From Lepidodermella squamata (lineage: Eukaryota > Animalia > Gastrotricha): DNA of 64,000 nt. A model generated the notes under the pieces. The model saw only the letters and a list, made by a program, of their open reading frames with translations, ran no database searches and was not told the origin of the DNA. The stretch lies in assembly GCA_047495785.1 (NCBI GenBank), contig JBLDXI010000085.1, forward strand, positions 62,001 to 126,000, given 5' to 3'. This document shows positions 49,843 through 62,332 of this stretch, in pieces. The number at the start of each line of letters is the position of its first letter. The stretch's first letter is position 1. The translations under genes were made by a program, and so were the position numbers.

Positions 49843-52800
49843 TCAAAAGCCTGTTTAACAAAAATCATCTCATTTGTTGATGAAATTATTCGGATCGAGA
49901 CTTACCAGAATATGCAGCACAGTTGAACTGGAGAATCAACTGCAAGTGCTCATAAGCTGGACCATTAAACACATTAAAACACGCGATAGAGCCATTCAAG
50001 TTATCAGAAGCGACGCTAAATACAATAAGTATAGATATTCATAGTAAAACCTCGGTACGGTATTCCCTGCTCTATCATTTTTTACCTGCCAAGTCGGAAT
50101 GATGACGTAGATGTAGAAAGGGTAAAGGGAACCGATTTGTAGACGAAATTGCCATCGCAACTGATTCCCAATCGGGGGCCAGAAACCGAGAGCGTGTAGA
50201 AATGCGGCAAATCTTCTCTTTCGAGGCATGTTGTTGAAAGCGAGGGGCCATCTGGACTGTTCGAGAAAGTGAACGTTGTCGCGTTGTTCATGAAGAGGTT
50301 CATTCCGGTGGTTGTAAGCGCCTCATCTGAAAACTCGAGCAGCGGAGCCGGGAAGCTGAGAGGCTTCGCGTAAAAGCTCATCATGAATAGCCGGGAGGAA
50401 CTGAAGTTCAACTTGCTAGCCGTCATTCGAATCTGGTTCCCGCCGTTTAGATTAAGGCCTTTATTAGCGACCCCGAACACGCTTTCCCCGAGTACGAATG
50501 GCGACTGGCTTGCGACTGAGGCCGGGGGAGCGATCAAGTCATCGAAGCTTGTTGCAAGAGGGAAATACACGAATTGTCCGTCAAATACGTTTCCGATATT
50601 GTCTGGAACAAGTGGCTGCCCGGTGTGAAACTGGTAACACTTCCTCCTTAGCGAGCGGAATCGCTGAGGTGGGATGGCAACTTTGTGAACGGAGAAGCAA
50701 GCGAATTCAGAGGTTAACAACTCGGAGCTTTTGCCGAGCTTGAGAGACGTGATCTGTGCTGTCGGGGCTGCTTTGTCCAGGCCGTCAGATAGACTGCTAG
50801 TGATATCGTTGCAGAAAACGTACTGCGTACGAGTCGATGCTTCGTAGGTCACGCCGATGTGGTGCCAAAGCAAGTGGGAGAAACAATTAACGCTTGTTTG
50901 AGTACCTAAAGGCATGAGTAATGAAATCGGTGTCACGGTTACACGAACAGCTTAAACTTGCCATCAACCCTGGCGACTGTGACCGTATTAGCAGCATTGT
51001 TGTACGTCAGAGTAAGTTGGACGTTATCACTCGAGTCGTGCATCTCAACTACAGGAATTTCATCAGCGAAACCATATACCACTTTGATGAAAGTCGCAAT
51101 AGTGTAATCTGTTGATAAGGTGCCGACAGCTGATGTGGGGATCTTGAGATAATTCGAAGTCTTTTTAAGCTGTATCGCCTTTCCAAAGACGCCAAATGGC
51201 GAATAATCCCAATCATTCGTCCCAATAACTTGGGCCGAAATTGGATTTAGCCCGATATCGTTAAGATTGCCATCGAATGGCCAGTATCCAGCTTCGAGCG
51301 GCAGGCCTTGAACAGCATCTATTAATTTCAACGAAATAAATGTGATTAGGCCAATTAATTAAAGTCCAAACGAAAACACTACAGCAAAATAAGCGATATG
51401 ACTCATCATTCGGATTGACGATAGACGCAATACTTGAAGATAAAAATATTGAAACTAACTTGCTTCGCACAGTAAAGAAGTGGCGAGGAGTTTGACCAAC
51501 TAGAAAATGATAAAACGGGCAATATTTCATTCCTGGCAATGAAGCGACTCACCTGCCAAGGTGAAGCGCATGGTTCATCTTTAGCAACGCATTTGTAATT
51601 CAAATCGTTTTGATCGAAGCAAAGTTTTCTCTAGAAAAATTGAAATAAAAAATGTCATCGAGAGATATCATTCTTATAATGACAAACCTGCTGGATCGCC
51701 AATAGACATTCAGCGTAATTGTCAGCGAACACTGCTTTCGACGAATAATTGCCTGACTAATTAAAAACACGTATTTAAGCAGATAAGGAAGTAACTTTTC
51801 AATTAAACCAACCGGAGTCGTTCCGTTGGGGCAGCTGCCGTAGCATGCCGTGAAATAGGTGTTGCTCGGAAGGCAATCTACAGCACCCTATCAAAATTTA
51901 AAAGCGAGAATTGATCTCTTTATAGCCTTCATGGAATCCAACGCATTGCAATATAAAGTTATAGAAATTGAATGAATAACAAATATCTCTCGGTGCGATA
52001 AAGAGCGAGAAAATTGTTTAGGTGGGGAGCTAGAGAAACGCAAGGGGCTAGGCCCAGAGCCTAGGAAGTGACATACTTTAGATATTTGATAATTATATAT
52101 TTGAACCACAATCTTGAAAACGACCCTGATTCTTTTAAAGAAACTAAAATTTCCGGACTCTGAAGGCCTCCGGAGACCCCCTGGTGATGAGGCGTTCTAG
52201 TAATAGTAATGAGTAAGGCCCTAGCAGTGCGCGAGGTACGGGGGTAATGAGGGGCATCTTACCCCCAGTTCACAAGGCCAAAGTGGGAAATTCCTCAAAT
52301 AAACAGGGGTTCATAAACTTTGGTCATAAATTTGAGTCCGAAAATAGCCCCTAGTTCGAGCATCCTACTTCGCGCATTGGGCGAACCCGGAGTGGTGAAG
52401 TGCTGCTACCCGACCGCGTCCGGGCCGAAAGCGGGCTCGGGCCCCAAAAAAAGTATATATTATTCTGTAATAAAGGCTAATATAACGGTAAAGCCTAACC
52501 CCTGATAGGCAGGAAGCTTCAGATGCGAATTCTGCATTGTCACCCAACTGCAATGGTATACAATAAATCAGCATTCGGAAATCGGAAATACGAAGAAGGA
52601 CAAACTGCAATCGAGGAATTTTGACAGGAAGAGTAGCAACCCACGAAATTGTTGGCGGCGTCAATGCACCGCAAGAACTTGGTCGTTTCTATATAATTTT
52701 AAAATATTAACAAACGAAATGATTGAAAACTCCATATGAGCCTACCTTCAGGCGTTGAGCACTTCTCAAACGAATCAAAACCGCCAGAGGCTTGTGTCTG

Positions 52801-55205
52801 AATAGGTAAAAGATGCAACATAATATTTGCCATTTACCGCAACCAGTTCTTACCGTATTGATTGGGCAGTTGGTCGTTTCAGGGACACAAATTACCGGCG
52901 AATTTGTCGAGTCTACGCATTTCTTATGCAATCCCTGTCGCAGAACATTTGACATGGTGACATTTTTTGTTTGTACAAGTTACCTGCGTGGCATTGATGC
53001 ATAGCTGAAGATTGCTGCTCAGCGAGGTTGAGGCAGAACCGATCATTCCAAGCTGTTCGCATTGATGGAATTTAATCATGAACGATTAGGCATAAATTTA
53101 ATGACAACTCACGTCGAATTTCCCGACGCCAGCTGGGCAATTCTCTGAGCAGCTACCTCCGTTTGTCACGTCGTAGCAAAGTTCAACAGACTGAATTACA
53201 ACGAAGTTGTAGACTTGTCCTGGTGCTGTCCTGAGGAATACTTACCCCGATTTCGCAGTTAGATTTCGTTGAGTAGACAGTCGAGCTTAAAGTCTAAAAT
53301 AAACAAATCAATACATTCAATGGCTTCAGTTCGAAAGTGGCGAAAGCTCACATCACTGCCATTACAACTCAACGGAGCCTTAACGCAGCCAGAAAACGAG
53401 GGCTTTGTCCAATCGAAGCACCGGCGATGAGGGTACATAACAGGCGATGCTAATATAGAAATAGTCATAATTACTGGAGCCTCTTTCATTTACTAAAAAA
53501 TGAACCTGTTTTGCAATCTGGCAGAGAGTTGAATGTAAAACCAGAAATACTGCCATTTGGGCAAGAGGCGCCGGCTGAAGCCAGTTTGCATTGAACGAAA
53601 GCATATGTCGTCGAGTCGACACAAAGCGTGTGAGGTTGCTTCAAATATATTAATGATACATTCAAAAAGAAAAAAATGCAGAGGAAACCCGTTTCACGTT
53701 TACAAACCTGAGCGATAAGACATTCAGCGTAGTTGCTGGCAAAATCCGACGCCGAGTTAAAATTCGATACCTGCAATAATTTTACGAACAAAATGTTTTT
53801 TTCAAATTATTTGCATAGCCTAGTATTTAAGCTTCGCCTCAATTTTATTGTTGTAAATTTTCTAAACCCGTTAATATTTAGATCAACTCACAGACGTGAA
53901 GCTTGGCGACGGACAATTATTTCGGCAAACAAGTTCAGTTGATGAAGAGCAAAGCGCTGCCGGCTGAGGACAAACGGAAACACTTGAAATTTTTTAATCG
54001 TAAAAACCAAAAACGAACCCCTTTCGTGCAATGAGCTTTGTCGATGTAGGAACCAGCGCTAAACGTCTGAAAAAGGACGGGCTTAGAGGTGAGGGAATTA
54101 ATGTCTTAACAATATCACGTTGGTCAAATTTGCTGGCTCGCAAGCCGTTGATTGGCAGCCAATGTATGACCGATTGCTCGTGGCGAAGCAGCGGTATTGA
54201 GTCTTGAAGTCGTCAGCAATTCGAACAACTAAAAAATAGGTACATGAAACACTCAATGTTTTGTTCACAATAGCTGCCATGAATACTCACTGGACAGCTC
54301 CGAATAGCATTGCTCAATTGTGGTCACAGTCCGAATAAAAGTCTGTTTGAAAGAAAGCGAACAAATAAAATGAATGACATTTCGGATAAAAAATTATAAA
54401 TTATTTAAGAAATCCCAAAATTATTCACTTTTTGGGAAAAATAATTAGGTAGAATGAGAATTTGATTCCGAATCAAAGCGACTAATTCCTAATTCCTAAT
54501 TCCTTATTCCTCTGACATAAAATACTTTTCAATTATTTTGATTTTAAAATATTTTGATAACTTTACACACGAAATCGGTCGGACAGCTGGCATTATAAGC
54601 AACGCACACACGTTGACCGCTTTTATCGCACAGGTTAGCCGGGCGAGTCTGTGCGGAGCAAAAAGTCGCACTTGAAATTGGTGAAAAAATTAACGAACTA
54701 GGAATTTCTTGATATCGAACCGGCATTCGTCGTATTTAGACGAGAAGAGCTCGCCGATGTACTCATTGGCCTAGGCAGAAAATATTTAGCACATTCTGGT
54801 AGATAATTTGAAACTCACAAGGACTTCATCCGAAGAGCAGCCAGCGTTTCTGGGAATGCATCGCATGCTCAGCTGCTTGTAGTTGTAACAGCTTCGAACC
54901 GACTGCAAAAAATAGGTGTGAATCTCAACAATAAGAGGTAGTATTTCATGAAATTACCCCAGAAGTACACGCTGTATATGTGGGTAGAGCATATCCAATC
55001 TGAAAAATCAATAAATGGCATTAAAAATCGAAAGATAATGACCGAATTTCCAATTCATTACCCAAACTTCGTCGAGGTATGAGCAATCGGTTTTACAGCC
55101 GGCGAATGAATCGTTTAGACGGGAGAAGCAGCGTTTGAATGTTCCTTGAGCTTCGCAAAAATTGATTATAGATAATACCAGACATAAACCAAGCAATTTC
55201 TTCAT
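49843..55205 (-). CDS. Secreted protein: twelve 4-Cys modules (4 triplets) + 2 LamG/pentraxin-like domains
   Basis: Signal peptide MKKLLGLCLVLSIINFCEA. More than 20 micro-exons of ~40-130 nt. LamG-like motifs GYWPFDGNLND, WHHIGVTYE, FACFSVH, FVYFPL, GSIACFNVF; ends YSGF-stop. Confidence 0.78.
52225..52379. mobile_element. hAT-like MITE (CAGTGCGCGAAGTA family)
   Basis: TIR CAGTGCGCGAGGTA / TACTTCGCGCATTG. The interior matches 55749-55893 and 57442-57580. Confidence 0.7.
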
Positions 55206-55748
55206 GGCTAGCGTTTAAATTGGATTAAAAATTATTGAAAATCAAAATTGAAATGAATGGCGGTGAACAAAATTATTGACCGTGATTCCGCACGCGTGGC
55301 GCTTTGTTGACCAGCCTGGCTCCACTGATTTCATTTCAGCTTGAGTGACGCGTGCCATTGTTTTTGCGCAAAACGTCAAAAAGTGTAACGCCGAGAGGAG
55401 TTCAAGCCTTTTTATTAAATTGATAACAAAAGAAACAAGGTCAACTGGCCTGTCGAACGTTTGGATACGAAACGCGGTCATTTGTTGGCGATGTCATTTT
55501 ATTTTGCGAAGTGGCCACGGGTTTGAATCTATAAGACAAACATGATAAAAGTAGCGTTACCGCTTCACAAACCGTTTATTTTTATTTGGAAAAACGGCCG
55601 TTTGGAGAAATTCAGCGCTTTGATTCCAGCATTAACAGGAAATTGCAAGAAAAAAGTATCCTGAACTGATTACGAACCGTCATTTCTACGACGGAGGATT
55701 GGGAATCGAACCTTAATAGTCCTTCACAATTCACGCGACAGGCGGGGT

Positions 55749-55893
55749 CACTGGGCGAAGTACGGGGGGAATAGGGAGTATCGTACCCCCAGTCCGCAAG
55801 GCCAAACTCCAAAAGAACCAAAGAGGGGACCCTTAGGTCATAAAATTTGGGACCGAAACTTCCCCTTGTTCGAGGATCCTATTTCGCGCACGG
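55749..55893. mobile_element. hAT-like MITE (same family)
   Basis: Degenerate TIRs; the flanks GGCGGGGT and GGCGGGAT match at 7/8. Confidence 0.7.
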
Positions 55894-56228
55894 GGCGGGA
55901 TTCAGCTTTGTAGTAGGTTTGGCTTCGTAGTTTAGAGGATAAAAAAGATGAGGTATGTGATTGGGATTGCGGCCAGCGGCCAATATGCCGCATGGAAAAT
56001 CCGAAATACGCGTCGAATAATTGGTGCCTTTGTTTATTTTGCTGAAGAAAATAATTGGCAATTTCAGATGGGAAAGCATGTCAAGTTCAACATTGCTCAA
56101 AAAACCAAGACATTTTTTAATCGTCATTTATTAGAACAGAGAGTAACAGTTAACAGTAGCTGAGCTCAATGCATGCAGAATTCCAAGTTCAGGCCTGTAA
56201 TGGCAGAGTTATCTTTATAACCAACATG

Positions 56229-59200
56229 CTAGCAAGATCGAGCTTTACAAACTCCACCACGTGATTTCAGCAGCTCAAAAACTTGGCCACGATTCATTTT
56301 GACCGCGTGGTCCAACGCTGTATTTCCTTTGTTGTCTGTTGCGTTGATATCCCCATCTCGCTCTACAAGCAGCCTCGCAATTTCGACGTAGCCGCGATTG
56401 GCCGCAGTTATCAACGGCGTGTTACCCTTACTCGTTCTCACATCCAATCTCGCTCCACGGTCGAGCAGAATCCTCACAACTGCCGGATGGTTGTTGTTAG
56501 CAGCTGACTGCAACGCTGTATGCCGGCCGGGTTCTGTCTTCCTGTTGATATCCGCCCCGTGAGAAAGTAACATTTCGACAATTTTAAGGTGGTTCGCTCC
56601 AGCCGCGGATATCAGCGGCGTTTCGCCATTATCTGACCCGCCGTTAGCCTCAGCTCCATTCTCGAGTAGCAGCTCGGCCATAAAAGTCAGGTTATTGGCG
56701 GCCGCGTAGTACAACGCCGTTTGGCCCTGGTTATTCTTGATGTTGATATCCGCTCCTCGATCGAGTAGGAGCTTCACAAGATCACGATGTTCGTTAGTCA
56801 CCGCGAGATGCAGGGCTGTGATGCCGTATTCGCTCTCTTTGCTGTTGACATCAGCTTGGCCGTCGAGCAGCAGTCGGGCGATTTCAACGCGTTCGTCCGG
56901 CTTGGATTCGCAGTTGGCGACGCGATGTAGCGGGGTGAAATTTCGAATGGTTAATGTGCAGGTGTCGTCTTTCATTGGTTCGCGCAAATTTGGATCAAAA
57001 TTGCGGCTTGTTGCTGCGTCGATTTCGCTGATTAGTTGCAGTACCTTGGCCAACTCGGCGTTGGAACAGGCCTGGCCGAGTTGCTTGTACAGCTCAAGCA
57101 AAGCGGCTCGAGTCTGGAAAAAGTGAAGTCGATTAAGCAGAGAATGAAGATCAAGATCGAAGATTGATCAAGACTGTAGTTCGTAATTTGGACGATGAAT
57201 TATCAAGAAATTGAACTATTTTTTTTTAAGTTTTCCCACTAGGGCAATCATCCATTTATTATCCATGATTTTACCAAATAAATTAAAAATTTACCGGAGA
57301 AAACCCTGAAAATCCCGATGGTTACCGATTCGGAAATTTTTGGTTTTTACCTGGTCGGATCGAATGTCTTTGGATTTTTTCTAATCCCATTCACAAGAGA
57401 AATGATTGCTTTCCAGCGAAAAGAACGAAATCTAGAAATATCAGTGAAGAAAGTACCGGGGAGAATGGCGGGTATCGTACCCCCCAGGCCACAGGTCACA
57501 AGCCTAAGGCCTAAGGTGAAATGAAAACCATATAGAAAAACTACAAGGGGGATCATTTGGGAATCCTACTTCTCTTACTATTAGCTGAGAGGAGGCAAAA
57601 AGCTTTATAATTGGATGTTTCGAAATTTCCATAATTTTCTATCCTTTCCTCTATCCGTCATCAATCAGCTTACCATATCACATTTTTGCCCATACCAGCC
57701 CTGGGCACACGTGCAAGTATTCGGCCCGGAGCAGGTTCCACCATTGAGACAATGATTGATGCAGGTCGCTGTGGAAAACAAAGGGTAGATTTCAATGGCT
57801 ATGATGAACAATCATTGGAACTCACGTTTGCTGCAAATCGCATCACCACTCCAGCCAGAGGCACAGCTGCACGTGTTCGGCGCCGAGCAAGTGCCTCCAT
57901 TACGGCAAGGCATGTTACAAATAGCTAGAAAATTAAACATAACAAAAATAAATCAGACTGATATTTCCGAAACGTGCGCGAAAAGTTTCAAAGTTCGAAA
58001 TGTTCCAGAATTTGAATAAGGATTGACGATTGAGAGAGAAAACATTTCGGACTATGAAATCAATTGGAAATTTTTGGAAATGGATAATGCTTTGAAACCA
58101 CCCCAACTTTATGTGGAAAGAGCTAACAAGGCCGTATGAGGCTATAACTTACGCGAGCTACAATCAGAGCCAGTCCATCCACCTGAGCAAGTGCAAACAT
58201 TTGGGCCAGAACAGTAGCCGCTGTTTAGGCACTGCTGCTTGCATATCACTGAGTTCAGGATTTCCTATTTCGTTAATTGTAATAAGAATTCAGTTCAACT
58301 CAATTCGCCTCGCCCGACCAGCTATAGTATATGGGACTCACCTCTTGAATACATAGACCTAGTTCTGGATTCCAATGAGTTGAACGATTGCAGACAGCTG
58401 CGAACGAGCCATTCGTGATTTGAAACCCTCGGTCGCACCTTATCATGACCATTGAACCAGGCGGCAACGCCTCATTAGCGCGCAATTTCCTGCCTGTTCC
58501 ATCGCTTATCGCCCCGTTCGAAATAGTTGGTAATTTGCAGTAGTCTAAAGCGGGGAGAAAATTGTTTCTGCATATAGTGAGAGCAATGATTTCCAGACCT
58601 TTTTGATCGATAGCAACACATCGCCCTGTTTCGGACCACAGGTTTTCGTCAACGCATGAGATAGCATTAGGTCCAACAAGTTGATAAGAAGGCTTGCAGT
58701 GAATCTTCAAACTGGTACCAACAGATACCGGATATTCAACAGCTTCGGAAAAGTTCGCGTCGGGCGGGAGGTTAGGCGGAAATAGACATACTATGATGAC
58801 AAAACATCAGCAAATGAGTTGAATGATTTTAGGGTCTTTTCATACTTTTCCCAACACATTCGCCCTGCGCCTGCCAAGTTCCATTAGCTAGGCAAGTTAT
58901 TGCAGGACTTCCTCTGAGGCTGTGACCCGCCATGCAATCGAAGAGAAGCGTACTTCCAACAGTCTCCTGACCCGTGGGTTCTGTTATTGCCCTAGCATTG
59001 TCGATTGAAGGAGGTGGAAATTCACAGACTGAAATGAAAGGTTAACGGGTATATGGTTGATGAAACTTGGTCAACTCTTACCCTTAGCACAGTGGCTGTT
59101 TGTGACCCAGGAATTCTTCACTTTGTCGTAGGTGATCTCACCAGTCCCAACAAGAGCGTAATCCCACTTGCAAACTACCTTGCCGGTGCATGTTTCTTCC

Positions 59201-62037
59201 AAGAACTCGATCTCTCCGTGTTCAACAGATTTCGGCATAGTTCTAAGAGCTGATAACATAGTTTAAAAACAATCTGAGTAGATTGCAAACATAATTAAAT
59301 TTGGAAAACTTAATATTCGATAGTAAAATTGGAGTTCAGAGTTTGACACGATTTTTTCAAACTTCAAACTTCAAATTCGCTCGAAAATCTACCTTGCGAA
59401 TAGCCGTTTTCCGGAATGAGCTTTGTACAAGCAGCAGATTGAAACCGCATGGCACCATCACGGCATCGATTGTACTGCATCAAGACATCAACAACTTCAC
59501 TTAGGCCGAGCGTATGAGCGAAAACCAGCGGCGAATCTCCGGTTGAATCAGCGCTGCAAGTTGCGTTGTACTTGCTCAACAGCACGTCGACCAAACGAGG
59601 GCAGTTTTGAGAGACCGCAATATCCAGCAAGTTCTTCCCTAACTGATTTTTCATCGTTACAGCTGTTTCGCGATCTCGGGAATCAAGGCGAGAAAGGAAT
59701 GAATCAATGAAATCTACAAAACTCGGGACGCAATTTACATATGCGAGAATCGTTAATCGGCCTTGAGAATTTGGTTTCAGTAGTAGACTAGGGCTGAAAT
59801 CCAGCAAAGCTTTGGCTAGGTCGAAATTCCCGGACTCAAGTGCCAGTGATATAGGAATTTCGCCCTTTTTATTTTGAATTATTGATAGCTTCTCAGCAGC
59901 CTTGTTAGACGAAAGCTTTCTCAAAAGGTTCAGATTGCCTTTCCGAACCACAACATGCAGAGCTGTATCGCCTGTGATCTCGTTTACAATTTGGAGCAAG
60001 TCCGGCATCGTACTTAGAAAGTAATCCACAATTTCCGTTCGGTTCAATGTGATCGCTATCAAAAGCGGCGTGTTTCCATCAGAGTCGAATTTATCGAATG
60101 AGATGTAGGTCCCGAATCCGCTTAAAAATGAAAGATAATCAGCCTCTACAGCAAGATGAGCTGCTGATTGCTTCAGGCTATTCACGGCATTGGTATCAGC
60201 GTGGCGTTTTACGATCAATTCCCGAATGAAATCTAGGCTTTTCTTTTCGGAGACAGCGACCAGAAGAGGAGTCATATCCCTTGGGCCGTTGTAGCCTAGA
60301 GATGGAATAGATGGAGCATTGATTGAAATCGTTGATTTTCCCAGGACAAGGTCTAGAATGTGAACCGACTTGGCGAGATGCAGAGCAGTATAACCTCGGA
60401 AATCCGTGCTGTTCAATGAGCATTTTTCATCGGCGAGAGCAGTGGCGATTTTCAAGGCGTTGTTAGTAACTGCGACAAGGAACGGAGTTCTACCAAGCGA
60501 ATCCTTTTCTTCAACAGTTTCTGACATGATGTGTTTTATCCGCCGGATAGCACCTAAAAAATGGGTTGATTATAATATTGATTTTTCTGATTAATTTCGA
60601 AAAAATTAATTCTATTGAATTTCGTACTAAATTAATAAAAATTTAATTTTATGCAATATTTTATAATTTTACGATACGAGATGATGAAGATTACAGTTAT
60701 TGATTTTTTGAAATAAATGGGTATCAGCTAAAATTGACTAAAAGCAAAGAGAATTAACTGAAATTAAGGCTTTTTACACAAAATGGGGTGCCATATTCAA
60801 TCAAGGGAAAAAATTGAAATAATCCGTGAAGTTGATTGCTTGAAAATGTTCAGAACTAAATTGCAGCAATATTTCCGGTGCTTTCCTTTCTCTATTTCCT
60901 TCAAATTAAAAACAAAATAACTATACCTTTGATGGCAGTGCCATTGCGACCGTTCTTCTCGGCTTCTTCGTCAGATAATAAAGCCATTGCATGTAAGCAA
61001 TTGCCACCATTTGAATCCTTGGCCGAGCAATCGATTTTAGCTCGAATCAACTGCATGATAATATCCGCATCGCGCAGGAAGGCAGCTAAATGCAACAACA
61101 GCCCAAGCCCCTTCGATTTAGACCTCGTCTCTCGATTTTTCAATGTGTACAAGCATTTCATCGAAATGGAATTCGCTTTGTTAGCGAACCGTTGAAAGTA
61201 TTCACTGAGAAATCGATCATGGCTATTTCTTACAGTGTAGCACAGCGGCGTGTCGCCATTTTCATCTGCTGCCAACGCATCGAATCGTGAAGACGTAAAA
61301 GGGTTCTCGAGAACTTGCAAGTGATTACAGGCAGCGATCAAATGCGACGTCGAAAGCCTATTCGGCCGAGGAGACCGAGGAGATACAGCATCAATTTTGC
61401 TGAGAATCCTTGCCACATCGGTATTGCCACTTGCTAAAGCGTATTTCAAAGCGAAATCGCCATTCTGGTCAGCATGAAATAGATCCGCGTTATTATCAAG
61501 AAGTAATTGCGTTATGACACCAGCAAACGCAGTTTTCGACCTAGCAGCGTAGAATAACGGTGTTTGGCCAATTCCCTGCTGGGCATTGATCATCTCAGCA
61601 AACCCCAGCTTTAAGTTGTTCGCCTGTTTAATGAGCTGTCCAACCACGCCCATATTGCCATTGGCGCAGGCGAGGTGAATAGGCAACTCGAGATCGTCAT
61701 TGCTGAGCAAAATGCTGAAATGCAGTTTGTCCAAAAGGAACGCTGTGATATTGCCGGCTCCGTCTTTTGCGGCTAGATGAAGGGCTGTGTTGTTGTTTGC
61801 GAATCGAAGGTCCTTAAGAGCCGTAACACTTACAAGCTCCGTTTCAGCCTTCTGCTGTAGCACTTCCACTAAGTCCTTGCCAATCAAAGCTTCGTAAGTC
61901 CATGAGGTATGTTGTAGTTTGCTTTCCCGCTCATTGTCGAATCGCGTTATGTAATCAGGATAATCGTCTTTGTAATCGGTTAGGCCTGCGATGGTATTCG
62001 ATATCAGAAAAACCCAGCAAAACAGCGCTATTCTCAT
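56229..62037 (-). CDS. ~1402-aa protein: signal peptide, long ankyrin array, 4x CCP, 3x EGF, second ankyrin array; no TM helix
   Basis: Ten phase-compatible exons: 62037-60927, 60553-59393, 59249-59082, 59028-58846, 58790-58599, 58544-58342, 58264-58153, 57924-57826, 57768-57674, 57113-56229 (4209 nt, open). Ankyrin TPLH/TALH motifs, CCP C..C..W..C, EGF C.NGG.C..PN.C.C..GW.G..C. Confidence 0.82.
57442..57580. mobile_element. Degenerate hAT-like MITE (same family), intronic
   Basis: cagtgaagaaagtac..gtatcgtacccccc..tcctacttctcttacta, homologous to the 52225 and 55749 copies. Confidence 0.55.
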
Positions 62038-62150
62038 TCAAATTAATCTGGTAACTAAACAAGCCCTGGCAAGAATAAAGCATTGCAATCCGGTGAAATC
62101 AGATGTGACAGAGTTAAACATTGGCAGTTTTCCGTAAAGTTATCCGGCTG

Positions 62151-62332
62151 CAGTGTCGAAGATGGCGGGGGGGACGGGGGGGATTGTCCCTGCTTCGAGC
62201 CCTCGGGCTCGAAGCCTAACCACAGGGGGGACCCTTACGATTTTTTCCCTGGCCCCTACGGAAACTTGAGAGATGTAAGGGGGGACCCTTACCTATATCC
62301 CCCTTTCGGCAAAATGTCCATCTTCTACACTG
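62151..62332. mobile_element. hAT-like MITE
   Basis: TIR CAGTGTCGAAGATGG / CCATCTTCTACACTG with the exact 8-bp TSD TCCGGCTG. Confidence 0.82.

Noticed and set aside
56229-62037. Notch ortholog (EGF + ankyrin)
   Set aside because: No LNR, NOD, TM, RAM or PEST regions, and the domain order is incompatible.
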